A stretch of DNA of 61,842 bases, counting the filler. It is 6 parts of 6 records of this genome, joined end to end, with 100 filler letters (N's around TTAATTAATTAA, not from the genome) between each part and the next. Parts side by side here need not be neighbours in the genome. Positions count along the whole stretch, not along the records: positions 41,887 to 56,734 come from SRR22947727_2928; positions 56,835 to 61,842 come from SRR22947727_2982; 4 more parts are not named here. The stretch is one strand, 5' to 3'. Position 1 is the first letter of the stretch. Each line of letters opens with the position of its first letter. Below the pieces are notes generated by a model. The model did not search any database. It was not told where the DNA came from and saw nothing but the letters and a program-made list of their open reading frames with translations. Both the position numbers and the translations under genes were made by a program. Positions 50,507-61,411 of the stretch are shown here, one piece after another.

Positions 50507-51382
50507 ATGATTGATATTAATCCTAACAAACAAAATCAACAAACTATTAGAGAAACTATTTCAATGTCTGGAATAGGTTTGCATTCAGGTAAGCAAGTTG
50601 AGATGAAGCTTGTACCTGCTGAAGTTGACCAAGGTGTGAAATTTATTAGATCTGACAAAAAAAATAATAATGTAATTGATGCTATATGGTCAAATGTATC
50701 TGAGACTGTTTTAAGCACAACTATTTCTAATATTAGTAAATTAAAAATTTCTACTATTGAGCATTTAATGAGTGCTTTGTCTGGTCTTCATATTGACAAC
50801 CTAACCATTTACATTGATGCTTCTGAAGTTCCAATTATGGATGGTAGCTCAAAACCTTTTGTTGATTTAATTGAGAATGTTGGCATTGAAGTACAAAATA
50901 AAAAACGTAAAATACTTAATGTAAAAAAAGTAATTGAAGTTAAAAATAATCAAAGTTCTGCAAAAATAATTCCTAATAATCAGTTTTCTATTGATTTTGA
51001 AATCGATTTTCCAAGTCATTTAGTTTCAAAGCAATCATGTCAATTACAATTAATAAATGGTAATTATAAAAGTGATATAGCTGCTGCAAGAACTTTTGGT
51101 TTTGAAAAAGACGTAGAGTATTTAAGAGCTAATGGATTAGCTTTAGGTGGCTCACTAGATAACGCAGTTGTAGTTGGTGAGAATAAAATTTTAAATAAAG
51201 ATGGTCTAAGATACACTGATGAATTTGTTAGACATAAAATTCTTGATTCAATAGGTGATCTATACTTAGCTGGATCACCAATTATTGGTTATTTTTATGG
51301 TAATAAATCGGGACATCATCTAAATAATGAACTTTTGAGAAAGCTATTTTCTGATAAATCAAACTATGAATATCTAGTTTAG
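50507..51382 (+). CDS. lpxC: UDP-3-O-acyl-GlcNAc deacetylase
   Basis: GIGLHSG, TIEHLMSAL, PIMDGS, ARTFGF, HKILDSIGDL, GHHLN; ATG 50507 preferred to the GTG inside the hairpin. Confidence 0.96.
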   Translation: MIDINPNKQNQQTIRETISMSGIGLHSGKQVEMKLVPAEVDQGVKFIRSDKKNNNVIDAIWSNVSETVLSTTISNISKLKISTIEHLMSALSGLHIDNLTIYIDASEVPIMDGSSKPFVDLIENVGIEVQNKKRKILNVKKVIEVKNNQSSAKIIPNNQFSIDFEIDFPSHLVSKQSCQLQLINGNYKSDIAAARTFGFEKDVEYLRANGLALGGSLDNAVVVGENKILNKDGLRYTDEFVRHKILDSIGDLYLAGSPIIGYFYGNKSGHHLNNELLRKLFSDKSNYEYLV

Positions 51383-52764
51383 ATCATTTTTTTTGGATCA
51401 ACAATTTTATCAAACTCTTTACCTGTAACTAGTTTTAATTTTAATGCCGCTTCCCTTAATGTAATATTATCATCAAAGGCTTTTTTAGCAATTTTGGCAG
51501 AATTATCATAACCAATATGTTTATTAAGCGCTGTTACAAGCATTAGTGAATTTTGAACATGTTTATTAATGTTATCCTTATTTAATGTTATTCCTTCTAA
51601 ACAATTGGTACAAAAACTTTGTATTCCATCGCTAAGAAGGTTGATTGAATTTATTACATTAAAAATAATTACTGGTTTAAAGGCATTTAATTCAAAATGA
51701 CCTTGAGATCCTGCAAGAGATACTGCTAAATTGTTTCCCATAACTTGAGTACAAATCATACTCAAAGCTTCAATCTGTGTAGGATTTACTTTACCTGGCA
51801 TTATTGATGAGCCTGGTTCGTTAGCTGGAATATTTATTTCCCCTAGACCAGATCTTGGGCCTGAAGATAAAAACCGTAAATCGTTAAGAGTCTTTAATAA
51901 TGATACTGCTAATGTATTTAGTGAGTTTGAAAAGTTAACTAATGAGTCATGGCTAGCAATAGCTTCAAATTTATTTTTTGCAGGTTTGTAGTTATTGATT
52001 GTAAATTTATTTAAAAATTTACAAAAAACTTTATCAAAGTTTTTTGGAGCATTAATACCTGAACCTACAGCCGTGCCTCCTTGTGCTAAATAATTTAATT
52101 CTTTTTTTGATAATTTAATTCTTTCAAAATTATTTTCTATTTGATTTAAGTAAGCAGAAAATTCATCACCCATAGTTAAAGGGGTTGCATCTTGAGTATG
52201 AGTTCTTCCAATCTTAACAATTTTTGAATATGACTTAGTTTTCTTTTTTAATTCGTTGATTAATTTTTTTAAAGCAGGAATTAATTTACTATCTGTTAAT
52301 TCATTCGCAGATATGTGCATAATAGTTGGAAATGTATCATTTGATGATTGTGATAAATTAACATGATCATTAGGGTGGATTGGAAATTTCGATCCTACAT
52401 TTCCTTTTAAAATTTTTATTGCATAGTTACCTATAACTTCATTAGCATTCATGTTAGTTTGAGTGCCTGATCCTGTTTGCCAAACTGAAAGTGGAAACTC
52501 ATCGATCAAACTTAGGTTAATAATTTGATCACATGCTTTGGTAATAGCTTGAGTAAGTTTTGAGTTAATTAAGCCTAAACTATGATTAGCTAAAACACTC
52601 GCTTTTTTTTGCTGTCCTAAAGCTACAATGACTTCATCAGGAATTTTATTATTTCCAATTTTAAAGTTTTCTAAAGAGCGTTGAGTTTGGGCACCCCAAA
52701 GTCTTTCAGAGTCAATTTTTTTGACTCCTAAACTATCAGATTCTGTTCTTTTCTTACTTGGCAT
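51379..52764 (-). CDS. fumC: Class II fumarate hydratase
   Basis: WGAQTQRS, GSGTQTNMN, GRTHTQDA, GSSIMPGKVNP; start MPSKKR at ATG 52764. Confidence 0.97.
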   Translation of the reverse strand: MPSKKRTESDSLGVKKIDSERLWGAQTQRSLENFKIGNNKIPDEVIVALGQQKKASVLANHSLGLINSKLTQAITKACDQIINLSLIDEFPLSVWQTGSGTQTNMNANEVIGNYAIKILKGNVGSKFPIHPNDHVNLSQSSNDTFPTIMHISANELTDSKLIPALKKLINELKKKTKSYSKIVKIGRTHTQDATPLTMGDEFSAYLNQIENNFERIKLSKKELNYLAQGGTAVGSGINAPKNFDKVFCKFLNKFTINNYKPAKNKFEAIASHDSLVNFSNSLNTLAVSLLKTLNDLRFLSSGPRSGLGEINIPANEPGSSIMPGKVNPTQIEALSMICTQVMGNNLAVSLAGSQGHFELNAFKPVIIFNVINSINLLSDGIQSFCTNCLEGITLNKDNINKHVQNSLMLVTALNKHIGYDNSAKIAKKAFDDNITLREAALKLKLVTGKEFDKIVDPKKMI

Positions 52765-52821
52765 TGTTTGATAATAGACTTTTATTCTATAACATAAATA
52801 AAATACCAAAATAAATATATT

Positions 52822-53451
52822 ATGAACAAACTTATTTTACTTAGGCATGGTCAAAGTCAGTGGAATTTAGAAAATAGATTTACTGGATGGAAAAATGTTC
52901 CTTTGACTGAAAAAGGCGAAACAGAAGCAAAAAAAGCAGGAGAATTGATAAAAAAACACAACATAAGTATTGATAGAGTGTTCAGTAGTCTTCTTGAAAG
53001 AGCAAATAGAACAGCTGAAATTGCTATAATACATGCTGCTTTAAATAATTTACTAGAAAATAATAAGTTAATTATGACATGTAGTGAAAAGCTCAATGAA
53101 AGAGACTATGGTGATTTAGTGGGTTTAAACAAACAAGAAACTGCTAATAAATTTGGAAAAGATCAAGTACATATTTGGAGACGCTCCTATGATACTCCAC
53201 CACCAAATGGTGAAAGCTTAAAAGACGTTGTGGAGAGAGTATCGCCGTATTTTAAAGAAAATATCAAACCACTTATTGATAAAGGTGAAAATATTTTAAT
53301 TGCGGCTCATGGAAACTCTTTAAGAGCAATGATGATTGAGCTAGATATATATAAACCTGAAGAAATTTCTAATATAGAGCTTCCAACAGGTTCACCTCTT
53401 TGTATCAATTTAGATCAAGGAAAATTAATAGATTTTAAATATCTCGATTAA
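52822..53451 (+). CDS. gpmA: 2,3-BPG-dependent phosphoglycerate mutase
   Basis: LRHGQSQWN, RFTGW, LNERDYG, WRRSYD, AHGNSLR. Confidence 0.96.
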   Translation: MNKLILLRHGQSQWNLENRFTGWKNVPLTEKGETEAKKAGELIKKHNISIDRVFSSLLERANRTAEIAIIHAALNNLLENNKLIMTCSEKLNERDYGDLVGLNKQETANKFGKDQVHIWRRSYDTPPPNGESLKDVVERVSPYFKENIKPLIDKGENILIAAHGNSLRAMMIELDIYKPEEISNIELPTGSPLCINLDQGKLIDFKYLD

Positions 53452-53897
53452 TTTTTTTTATAATTAGAAAAGTTTATCACATTTGAAGAATTTTTCTTTT
53501 TTACAGATTTTTTTTTCTTAACTAAAGTTTTTTTATTATTGTCAACTATAGTTTTATTAAATTGATAGTTGAGTCCAAAATTAGATGAAGGATCAACAAA
53601 TGAAATTATTGAATCAAAAGATATTGTGAGGTCACATTTTTTATTATTAAAAGAAAGCCCAATATTAAAATTCTTTTTAGTAACTAATAAATGATAATAC
53701 TCATGTTGAATGACAATAGTCATCTCATTAGGATATTTTTGTAATAACCAATTTGGTACTGATGTTTTCGAATTGTTGGTTGCAAAAGTAATATATAGCT
53801 GATTATTTCCATCTAATCCTTTTGCTTCAACCTCTTTTAATATTTCAATGCAAACATTTAATAAATTTTTATTTAAAATTTTTTGATATTCAATCAT
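53448..53897 (-). CDS. sspB: Alphaproteobacterial SspB-like ClpXP adaptor
   Basis: YITF.T, YPNEMTIVIQH, LSFN, FVDPS..FGL, C-terminal NVINFSNYKK. Confidence 0.85.
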   Translation of the reverse strand: MIEYQKILNKNLLNVCIEILKEVEAKGLDGNNQLYITFATNNSKTSVPNWLLQKYPNEMTIVIQHEYYHLLVTKKNFNIGLSFNNKKCDLTISFDSIISFVDPSSNFGLNYQFNKTIVDNNKKTLVKKKKSVKKKNSSNVINFSNYKKN

Positions 53898-54016
53898 TAT
53901 TTATTTTATTATATGGTTTAAAGATATTTACTATTAAATCTTCCGTAAAATATTTGATTATTATAATTAAATATTTTTGATGTAATTTAAATACAATACT
54001 TTATTCTTAATCTTAT

Positions 54017-56467
54017 ATGGAAATTGAAAATAAAATTCCAAAATCATGTAAAGTAGTAGTTATTGGAGGAGGGGTAGCTGGTTGCTCAACTGCCTATCAC
54101 TTGGCTAAATATGGTTGGAAAGACACAGTTCTTCTTGAAAGAGATGTTCTTACATCCGGCACTACTTGGCATGCCGCTGGCTTAATAGGACAATTAGGCT
54201 CTAGCGCAACAATAACTAAGCTTAGAAATTATTCTTTGAATTTATATAAAAGATTAGAGGAAGAAACGGGACTTTCTACAGGCTTAAAACAAAATGGGTC
54301 ACTAACCGTAGCAACCACTTTAGATAGATTAGAGGAACTTAAGAGGCAACTTACATTTGCCCAACGCTTTGATATTGAGGCAAAACAAGTTAGCAACGAA
54401 GAAATAAAAGAAATATACCCGCTTATTAATACTGAAGATTTAGTTGGTGGTGTTTTTATCAATAAAGATGGGCAAGCTGATCCAGTTGGAGTGACAAGTG
54501 TTATGGCAAAAGCAGCAAGACAAAATGGTGCTACAATTATTGAAAAATGCCCAGTAAAAAAAATATTAACAAAAAATAATAAAATTGTTGGAGTTGAAAC
54601 TAATTATGGAAAAATAGAATGTGAATATGTTGTCTTGGCAACAGGTATGTGGTCCAGGCAGATTGCAAAAGAAATAGATGTCAGTATACCTCTTTATCCA
54701 GATGAACATTTTTATATTTTAAGTGAGCCTATTTCAGATATCGATAGATCATTACCTGTTTTAAGAGATTATAATAATTGTCTGTATCTTAAGGAAGATG
54801 CTGGTAAATTATTGGTAGGTGTTTTTGAACCGAATGCTAAACCTGCTTTTACAAATAATTATAGAGTCCCTGATGATTTTTCTTTTGGAGAGTTGCCTGA
54901 AGATTTTGATCACTTTGAACCATATTTGATTAACGCAATGAATCGTGTACCAAGCTTGAAGCAATCTGGAATTAGGAAATTTTTTAATGGGCCTGAGTCA
55001 TTTACTCCTGATACCAACTACTTGTTGGGGGAAACTCCAGAAGTAAAAAACTTGTTTATGTGTGGGGGCTTTAACAGTATCGGAATTGCCAGTTCAGGTG
55101 GCGCAGGGAAGGTTACAGCTGAATGGATGATGAATGGTGAAGTGCAAGAAGATGTATTTTCACTTGATATTTCAAGGTTTGAAAAATTTCACTCCGAATT
55201 AGATTTTATAACTGAAAGGGTGACAGAGACACTTGGTAATCAATATGCAATGCATTGGCCTTTTAAACAGCATACTACTTCAAGAAATCAAAAACTTATG
55301 CCGTATCATGATCATTTGATAAAAAAAGGTGCTTGTTTTGGACAAGCTGCAGCATATGAAAGACCTATGTGGTTCGCAATAAACGGCAATGAACCTAAAT
55401 ATAAGTATAGTTACGGTCATCAAAACTGGTACGAGTCTGCTCAGTATGAAACACTTAACGCCAGAAAAAATGTAGCATTATTTGAATTATCACCTTTTGC
55501 TAAGTTTGAATTATTAGGTCCTAATAGTCATTCTTCTCTGCAATACTTGTGTGCAAATGATATTAAAAATCAAGTTGGAGCAATAACCTACACACAAATG
55601 CTTAATTCCAAAGGAGGAATTGAGTCAGATTTAACTGTCACATGTATTGAAGAAAATAACTTTAGAGTTGTTACAGGATCAGGTGTGCGCACACATGATA
55701 AAAAACATATTTTAAAACACCTAGACGCATCAGTAAGCTTTAGAGATATAACTGATGAATTTGCATGCTTTGGTATTTTTGGACCAAAGAGTAGAGAATT
55801 ATTAATGGAATTATTTGGTGAATATTTTTCAAACGCTGATTTTAAATTTGGTACTGGTAAGAAAATTATAAAAGATAATATCGAGTTGTGGTTTCAGCGA
55901 ATATCTTATGTTGGTGAACTAGGTTGGGAAATATACATACCAACTGAGAATTCAAAAGAGATATATGAATTAATAATTACTTTAGAAAAGAAATTTGGAT
56001 TAGTCCATGCTGGCGCACATGCGATGGACATCATGAGAATGGAAAAAGGTTATTTACATTGGGGACATGATATTTCCCCTGCTGAAAATCCATATGAGGC
56101 TGGGTTAGCTTTTGCCTTAAAATTAAATAAAAAAGAAGATTTTATTGGTAAAGAATTTTTAGTTAATAATAAAAATATTCGTAAAAAGAGATTATTAATG
56201 TTTGAATTAAATGACACTACTCCAGGTAAACCGTTATTACTCCATGATGAGCCAATTTATTATGGAGGAAAAATAGTTGGAGAAACAACATCTGGTAATT
56301 ATTCTTTTATATACAATAAGAATTTAGCTTATGGTTATATTGATGCTAAACTAGATTTTGACTTATCTAATTCAGTTTTTGAAATCGAGGTTGCTAAGAA
56401 AAAATATAAGGCTTTAGTACTAGATAAAGCACTACACGATCCTGAGAATACTTTTATCAGAGATTAA
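54017..56467 (+). CDS. GcvT-family FAD-dependent dehydrogenase (dimethylglycine/sarcosine dehydrogenase-like)
   Basis: IGGGVAG, TSGTTWHAAGL, NGPESFTPD, GFNSIG, ISYVGELGWE, MRMEKGY. Confidence 0.92.
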   Translation: MEIENKIPKSCKVVVIGGGVAGCSTAYHLAKYGWKDTVLLERDVLTSGTTWHAAGLIGQLGSSATITKLRNYSLNLYKRLEEETGLSTGLKQNGSLTVATTLDRLEELKRQLTFAQRFDIEAKQVSNEEIKEIYPLINTEDLVGGVFINKDGQADPVGVTSVMAKAARQNGATIIEKCPVKKILTKNNKIVGVETNYGKIECEYVVLATGMWSRQIAKEIDVSIPLYPDEHFYILSEPISDIDRSLPVLRDYNNCLYLKEDAGKLLVGVFEPNAKPAFTNNYRVPDDFSFGELPEDFDHFEPYLINAMNRVPSLKQSGIRKFFNGPESFTPDTNYLLGETPEVKNLFMCGGFNSIGIASSGGAGKVTAEWMMNGEVQEDVFSLDISRFEKFHSELDFITERVTETLGNQYAMHWPFKQHTTSRNQKLMPYHDHLIKKGACFGQAAAYERPMWFAINGNEPKYKYSYGHQNWYESAQYETLNARKNVALFELSPFAKFELLGPNSHSSLQYLCANDIKNQVGAITYTQMLNSKGGIESDLTVTCIEENNFRVVTGSGVRTHDKKHILKHLDASVSFRDITDEFACFGIFGPKSRELLMELFGEYFSNADFKFGTGKKIIKDNIELWFQRISYVGELGWEIYIPTENSKEIYELIITLEKKFGLVHAGAHAMDIMRMEKGYLHWGHDISPAENPYEAGLAFALKLNKKEDFIGKEFLVNNKNIRKKRLLMFELNDTTPGKPLLLHDEPIYYGGKIVGETTSGNYSFIYNKNLAYGYIDAKLDFDLSNSVFEIEVAKKKYKALVLDKALHDPENTFIRD

Positions 56468-56539
56468 ATTAATACAATTAAAGATTTTTTTATTACAAAA
56501 ATCCTAAATCTTTACTAAATAACTAAAGTTAATTGACAA

Positions 56540-56734
56540 TTATTTTGTAATTTTTTCCCACTCTGCAATACCGCCAGTAATATTCTTAACATTTTTAATT
56601 CCCATATCTTGCATAGTCTTAGTAGACAAAGTTCCCTGCCCACCTACGCCACAAAAAACTACATATTCTTTATCGGGATTTTCTTTAAAAAATTTATTTT
56701 CTAAAGGACTACCCTCTGCTAAATAAAATTCAAG
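56540..56734 (-). CDS. Rhodanese-like domain protein, 5'-truncated
   Basis: Manual translation LEFYLAEGSP...VVFCGVGGQGTLSTKTMQDMGIKNVKNITGGIAEW..*. Confidence 0.8.
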   Translation of the reverse strand, partial: LEFYLAEGSPLENKFFKENPDKEYVVFCGVGGQGTLSTKTMQDMGIKNVKNITGGIAEWEKITK

Positions 56735-56834
56735 NNNNNNNNNNNNNNNNNNNNNNNNNNNNNNNNNNNNNNNNNNNNTTAATTAATTAANNNNNNNNNN
56801 NNNNNNNNNNNNNNNNNNNNNNNNNNNNNNNNNN
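56735..56834. other. Artificial contig spacer
   Basis: N-run + TTAATTAATTAA + N-run. Confidence 0.98.
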
Positions 56835-58419
56835 TGGTGAAGAAATGTGTCCGGCCTTAGGGATTGCCATTCCCGTGGGTAAAGATTCTCTGTCCATGCA
56901 AACAAGGTGGAAGCAGGACGGCAAAGACAAAGCTGTTGTTTCGCCTGTTACGCTCATTGTTTCTGCTTTCGCGCCGGTAGTTGACGTGAATAACACTGTG
57001 ACCCCAGAGCTGGTAGACGATGAGAGCAGTGTGCTTGTGTTGTTAGATCTAGGGCCTAAACAACGTTTGGGCGGCAGTTGCTTAGCTCAGGTTTACTCTC
57101 AGATGGGAGACGTGACGCCCAATATTGATAATGTTGGCAGCTTTAGAGCGCTCCTAGAATTGATTATTCAAGGTAAGCGGTGGGGCGATTTCCTCAGCTT
57201 ACATGACCGCTCCGACGGTGGGCTCTTAGCCAGTTTGTTGGAAATGTCTTTTGCTGGACGCCTAGGCTTAGAGATTAATATTGACGCCAATGAAGCGTTG
57301 CTAGAAACCTTGTTTAATGAAGAGGCAGGGTTTGTTGTACAAGTTTCCAACGCCACCTATGCAATGTTAGAAGCCAGTGCGCCCGGGCGCTGCTTGCCCA
57401 TAGCGAAGATTCGCCAAGATGACAGAGTTGTTATCTCTCACGGCGATGAAGTGGTTGCTGATTATTCTCGAAGCGAACTGCAACAAACTTGGGCGAAGAC
57501 CAGTTATAAAATGCAAAGCATGCGCGACAGCGCCGCCTGCGCGGAGGAAGAGTTTTCTAGCATAGTCGCAAATCGAACTGACGATCCTGGCCTCAACGCC
57601 AAGCTGACCTTTGACCCCAGCGAAATACCCACTGTGCTAACAGGTGCACGCCCTAAAATTGCGGTCCTGCGCGAGCAGGGTGTCAATGGCCAGATTGAAA
57701 TGGCAGCAGCCTTTGATCGCGCAGGCTTCGACAGCGTTGACGTGCACATGTCAGACCTGATCAGTGGACGCTTTTCTTTAGACGAATTCCAAACTTTAGT
57801 GACTTGTGGCGGTTTCTCTTATGGCGACGTTCTAGGCGGCGGCGGTGGCTGGGCTAAGAGTGCGTTGTTCAGCCCTCAGGTCAGAGAACAGTTCGCCAAC
57901 TTCTTCACCAGCGACAAACTTACCCTAGGCGTTTGCAATGGTTGTCAGATGATGGCGCAAATGCAGGAACTTATTCCCGGTGCAGAAAACTGGCCGCGCT
58001 TTGTGCGCAACCGTAGTGAGCAATTTGAAGGCCGCACGGTAATGGTGAAAATTAATGACGTGCAAACGCCTTGGCTCAATGGCATGCAGGGCAGTGTAAT
58101 GCCCGTGGCTGTGGCTCACGGGGAAGGGCGGGCAGAGTTTGCTCACGGTGAACACTTGGCGGCATTGCAAAGTAATAATCAGTTAGCTATGCAATATGTA
58201 GATTCGCGTCACCAAGTAGCCAGCTTATATCCAGATAACCCTAACGGTGCTATTGAGGGCCTAGCTGGGCTAACGGCTGCAGATGGCCGTGTACTGATTA
58301 TGATGCCGCACCCAGAGCGCGTATTTAGGTCGGTGCAAAACGTTCACCGTGACGCCGCTTGGGGCGAAGATGGCCCTTGGATGCGCCTGTTTAGGAACGC
58401 GCTTAAGACGCTTTCTTAA
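56835..58419 (+). CDS. purL: Phosphoribosylformylglycinamidine synthase (large PurL), 5'-truncated
   Basis: IPVGKDSLSM, HDRSDGGL, LREQGVNG, GGFSYGDVLG, GVCNGCQ, MMPHPER. Confidence 0.97.
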
Positions 58420-58480
58420 AAAGAGTCTTTCCTTACCAGAGTTTTGGCTGATGTTTGGGCTAGGAGTATGAACCTGCTTA

Positions 58481-59023
58481 TCAGCTACGCCGCCGAAACA
58501 AAATGTCTTCGTAGTGGGTCGGGTACGTATCGTTCTGGCGATCTGTGAAATAGTATTCCAAGGTCTTATTGATCACCGGAAAAGCCAGTTCATCCCAGGG
58601 GATGTCCGCCTCGCTGAATAACGCGACTTCTAACGATTCAGTACCACTACTGAACTCTAAATCTGCTAAGTCAGCGCGAAAAAACATATACACCTGAGAG
58701 ATGTGCGGCAAACTGAATATCGTATATAGCTGCGAGTTTTCTAGCCTCGCATTAGCCTCTTCCAAGGTCTCGCGAGCCGCGCCTACTTCTACGGTCTCAC
58801 CGTTTTCAAGAAACCCTGCGGGCAGGGTCCAGTAACCTTTCCTGGGTTCAATGGCGCGCTTACACAAAAGTACCTGATCTTTCCAGATCGGCAGGGTGCC
58901 TGCGATAACCCGCGGGTTTACGTAGTGGATGGTTTTGCACACGGTGCAAACTGAGCGAGGGCGCGTATCGCCTTCGGGGATTATTTGTTCAGCGGCTTCG
59001 CCGCATAGGCTGCAAAATTTCAT
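58481..59023 (-). CDS. NUDIX hydrolase with N-terminal zinc ribbon
   Basis: FCSLCG...CTVC..IHY.NP, Nudix box [18 protein letters not shown]. Confidence 0.92.
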   Translation of the reverse strand: MKFCSLCGEAAEQIIPEGDTRPRSVCTVCKTIHYVNPRVIAGTLPIWKDQVLLCKRAIEPRKGYWTLPAGFLENGETVEVGAARETLEEANARLENSQLYTIFSLPHISQVYMFFRADLADLEFSSGTESLEVALFSEADIPWDELAFPVINKTLEYYFTDRQNDTYPTHYEDILFRRRS

Positions 59024-59205
59024 CAAAGCAGTATACCCATGCTCGGCTCATTCCGGCAGGTAATGGTGAAAACATTTCTTAATTCTTTGGCAAGGTTATT
59101 GATCTGCACGCACGCAAGAACGCCGGGATAAAACATCCACTTCAAATGGAGTATTGGCGTCACCTTCATTAACATGAGCGTTGTTTTTAAATTAGGGGTT
59201 CAAGG

Positions 59206-59751
59206 GTGTTGTATCAATTAGGTGATCTTGAGGTGCGCGCAGAGGGTGACTATTGGGTAGCTGATAATGCTGTGGTGCTGGGTAATGTGTTGCTTAAGCA
59301 AGACGCCAGTGTTTGGTTTAACGCGGTTTTGCGCGGGGATAACGACCTCATCACTGTTGGCAAGGGCGCGAATATTCAGGACGGTTCTGTGCTGCATACA
59401 GACCCAGGGTATCCACTGAATATTGGCGCTCATGTAACTATTGGCCATAAAGTCATGTTGCATGGCTGTGACATTGGCGAGGGTTCGCTAATCGGTATCA
59501 ATGCGGTTGTGTTAAACGGCGCGAAGATTGGCAAAAACTGCATTATTGGCGCCAACGCGTTGATAACCGAGGGCAAAGAAATTCCCGATAACTCCATGGT
59601 TATGGGCTCTCCGGGCAAAGTTGTGAAAACCTTGACCGATGAACAAGCCGCTGGCATTCGAATGGGCGCGGCCCATTACGTAGAAAACGCGCGTCGCTTT
59701 CGCGAGACGCTAAAAGTCCAGCCTCAAGCGGTACCGAGCAGAGAAGCCTAA
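59206..59751 (+). CDS. Gamma-class carbonic anhydrase-like protein (YrdA/PaaY family)
   Basis: [26 protein letters not shown], hexapeptide repeats. Confidence 0.92.
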   Translation: MLYQLGDLEVRAEGDYWVADNAVVLGNVLLKQDASVWFNAVLRGDNDLITVGKGANIQDGSVLHTDPGYPLNIGAHVTIGHKVMLHGCDIGEGSLIGINAVVLNGAKIGKNCIIGANALITEGKEIPDNSMVMGSPGKVVKTLTDEQAAGIRMGAAHYVENARRFRETLKVQPQAVPSREA

Positions 59752-60950
59752 TGACTGAACATTCTGAAGCAATCTCCATAGGCACGCCGTTATCCTCTTC
59801 AGCGACTAAGGTCATGATGCTGGGCAGCGGTGAGCTGGGTAAGGAAGTAGTGATTGAGCTACAGCGATATGGTGTAGAAGTCATTGCAGTTGACCGCTAT
59901 GCCAATGCGCCGGCTATGCAGGTGGCGCACCGAAGTCATGTCATTGATATGCTCGATGGCGATGCTTTGCGCGGCGTTATTGAGTTAGAAAAACCAGATT
60001 TGGTGGTGCCTGAGATAGAAGCCATTGCCACGGCTACACTGGTCGAGCTAGAAGCCCAAGGACTAAATGTTATTCCAACAGCCAAGGCGACTAAGTTGAC
60101 TATGGACCGGGAGGGCATTCGTTGCCTTGCCGCCGAAGAGTTGGGCGTTAGGACTTCTCCGTATAAGTTTGCCGACAGCGAGGCCGATTATCTTCAGGCG
60201 GTTGAAGAGATTGGTTTCCCCTGTGTGGTTAAGCCTGTCATGTCCAGTTCTGGCAAGGGGCAAAGTACTTTACGCGGTCAAGACGATGTTCAAAGTGCCT
60301 GGACCTATGCCAAGGAAGGTGCCCGGGGCACGGGCGGTAAGGTCATTATTGAAGGGTTCGTTGATTTCGATTACGAGATAACCCTACTCACCGTTCGGCA
60401 CAGAGATGGCACCAGTTTTTGTCAGCCAATTGGCCACCGCCAAGAGGGCGGGGACTACAAAGAGTCGTGGCAACCACAGCCCATGAGTTCTAAAGCGTTA
60501 CTTGAGAGTCAACAAATTGCACAGAAAGTCACAGGTGCTTTAGGCGGCTTGGGGCTGTTTGGTGTTGAATTCTTTGTCAAAGATGACTTGGTATATTTTT
60601 CTGAAGTCAGTCCCAGGCCCCACGATACTGGTTTAGTCACGCTCATTAGTCAGGATTTGAGTGAGTTTGCGCTGCATGCCCGAGCCATATTAGGCCTGCC
60701 TATTCCAGCCATTAAGAACCATGGGCCAGCGGCCTCGGCAGTTATTATTGTTGAGGGCAGTTCAAGCGAGGTGTCTTTTGGTAATCTGCATCAAGCGTTG
60801 TCGCAAGAGGATACTCAACTGCGATTGTTTGGTAAGCCTGAGGTAGAGGGCGAGCGGCGCATGGGGGTTGGTTTGGCGCTGGGTGAGAGCACTGACCAGG
60901 CGCGAGAAAAGGCTTTTGCGGTGGCTAGTGCTGTGGAGATCGTTCTTTAG
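59751..60950 (+). CDS. purT: Formate-dependent GAR transformylase
   Basis: [10 protein letters not shown]-type motif, [35 protein letters not shown]. Confidence 0.97.
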   Translation: MTEHSEAISIGTPLSSSATKVMMLGSGELGKEVVIELQRYGVEVIAVDRYANAPAMQVAHRSHVIDMLDGDALRGVIELEKPDLVVPEIEAIATATLVELEAQGLNVIPTAKATKLTMDREGIRCLAAEELGVRTSPYKFADSEADYLQAVEEIGFPCVVKPVMSSSGKGQSTLRGQDDVQSAWTYAKEGARGTGGKVIIEGFVDFDYEITLLTVRHRDGTSFCQPIGHRQEGGDYKESWQPQPMSSKALLESQQIAQKVTGALGGLGLFGVEFFVKDDLVYFSEVSPRPHDTGLVTLISQDLSEFALHARAILGLPIPAIKNHGPAASAVIIVEGSSSEVSFGNLHQALSQEDTQLRLFGKPEVEGERRMGVGLALGESTDQAREKAFAVASAVEIVL

Positions 60951-61043
60951 CTGTGCATTAGCCGCCCGTTAGATGCTTTTATAGCGTTGCCTGTAGGGTC
61001 AGCCTTTGTGGGACGAAGTTGGCGAAAGGGGGTGGCTAGAGGC

Positions 61044-61071
61044 TTGCAAAATTTGTGATTCGATTTATAGT
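61044..61071 (+). promoter_or_regulatory. Sigma70-like promoter for the leuA leader
   Basis: TTGCAA-N16-TATAGT, 6 nt before the leader ATG. Confidence 0.5.
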
Positions 61072-61077
61072 CCTTAA

Positions 61078-61242
61078 ATGACAATCCACTTGCTAGACAC
61101 AATTAACAAAATGTCTAACGCAAAAAGCCCCCGCGCTTCTGTGTCCTTTGTCGCTGCCTGCAATTTGCTGCTCGGCAACCTTCTTTCTAGCCTCCTCCTA
61201 AATGTTTTGGAACTGCTGCCGGTTACTCGGCGAAAATTCTAA
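61078..61242 (+). CDS. Leucine-rich leader peptide upstream of leuA (54 aa; alternative ATG 61111)
   Basis: MTIHLLDTINKMSNAKSPRASVSFVAACNLLLGNLLSSLLLNVLELLPVTRRKF*; 11 Leu in 18 codons (61165-61218). Confidence 0.65.
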   Translation: MTIHLLDTINKMSNAKSPRASVSFVAACNLLLGNLLSSLLLNVLELLPVTRRKF

Positions 61243-61411
61243 ACCCCAGGGCTAAAGTCCCACCCAAAAAAAATCTCATCAAATCCGACAGCGAGGCCGT
61301 TGTTGGGTAATATACTGAGGCTTTTACAGCGTAAGAGTTACTTGCCCGAGCTTATGGTCGGCAAAAGTGTAAAAGTCGAAAGAAAATGGAACGAGTTCTT
61401 AGGACAAAATC

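Noticed and set aside
52765-52809. Longer fumC start in the ORF track
   Set aside because: FumC resemblance starts at MPSKKRTESDSLG; the extension lies in the divergent fumC/gpmA promoter
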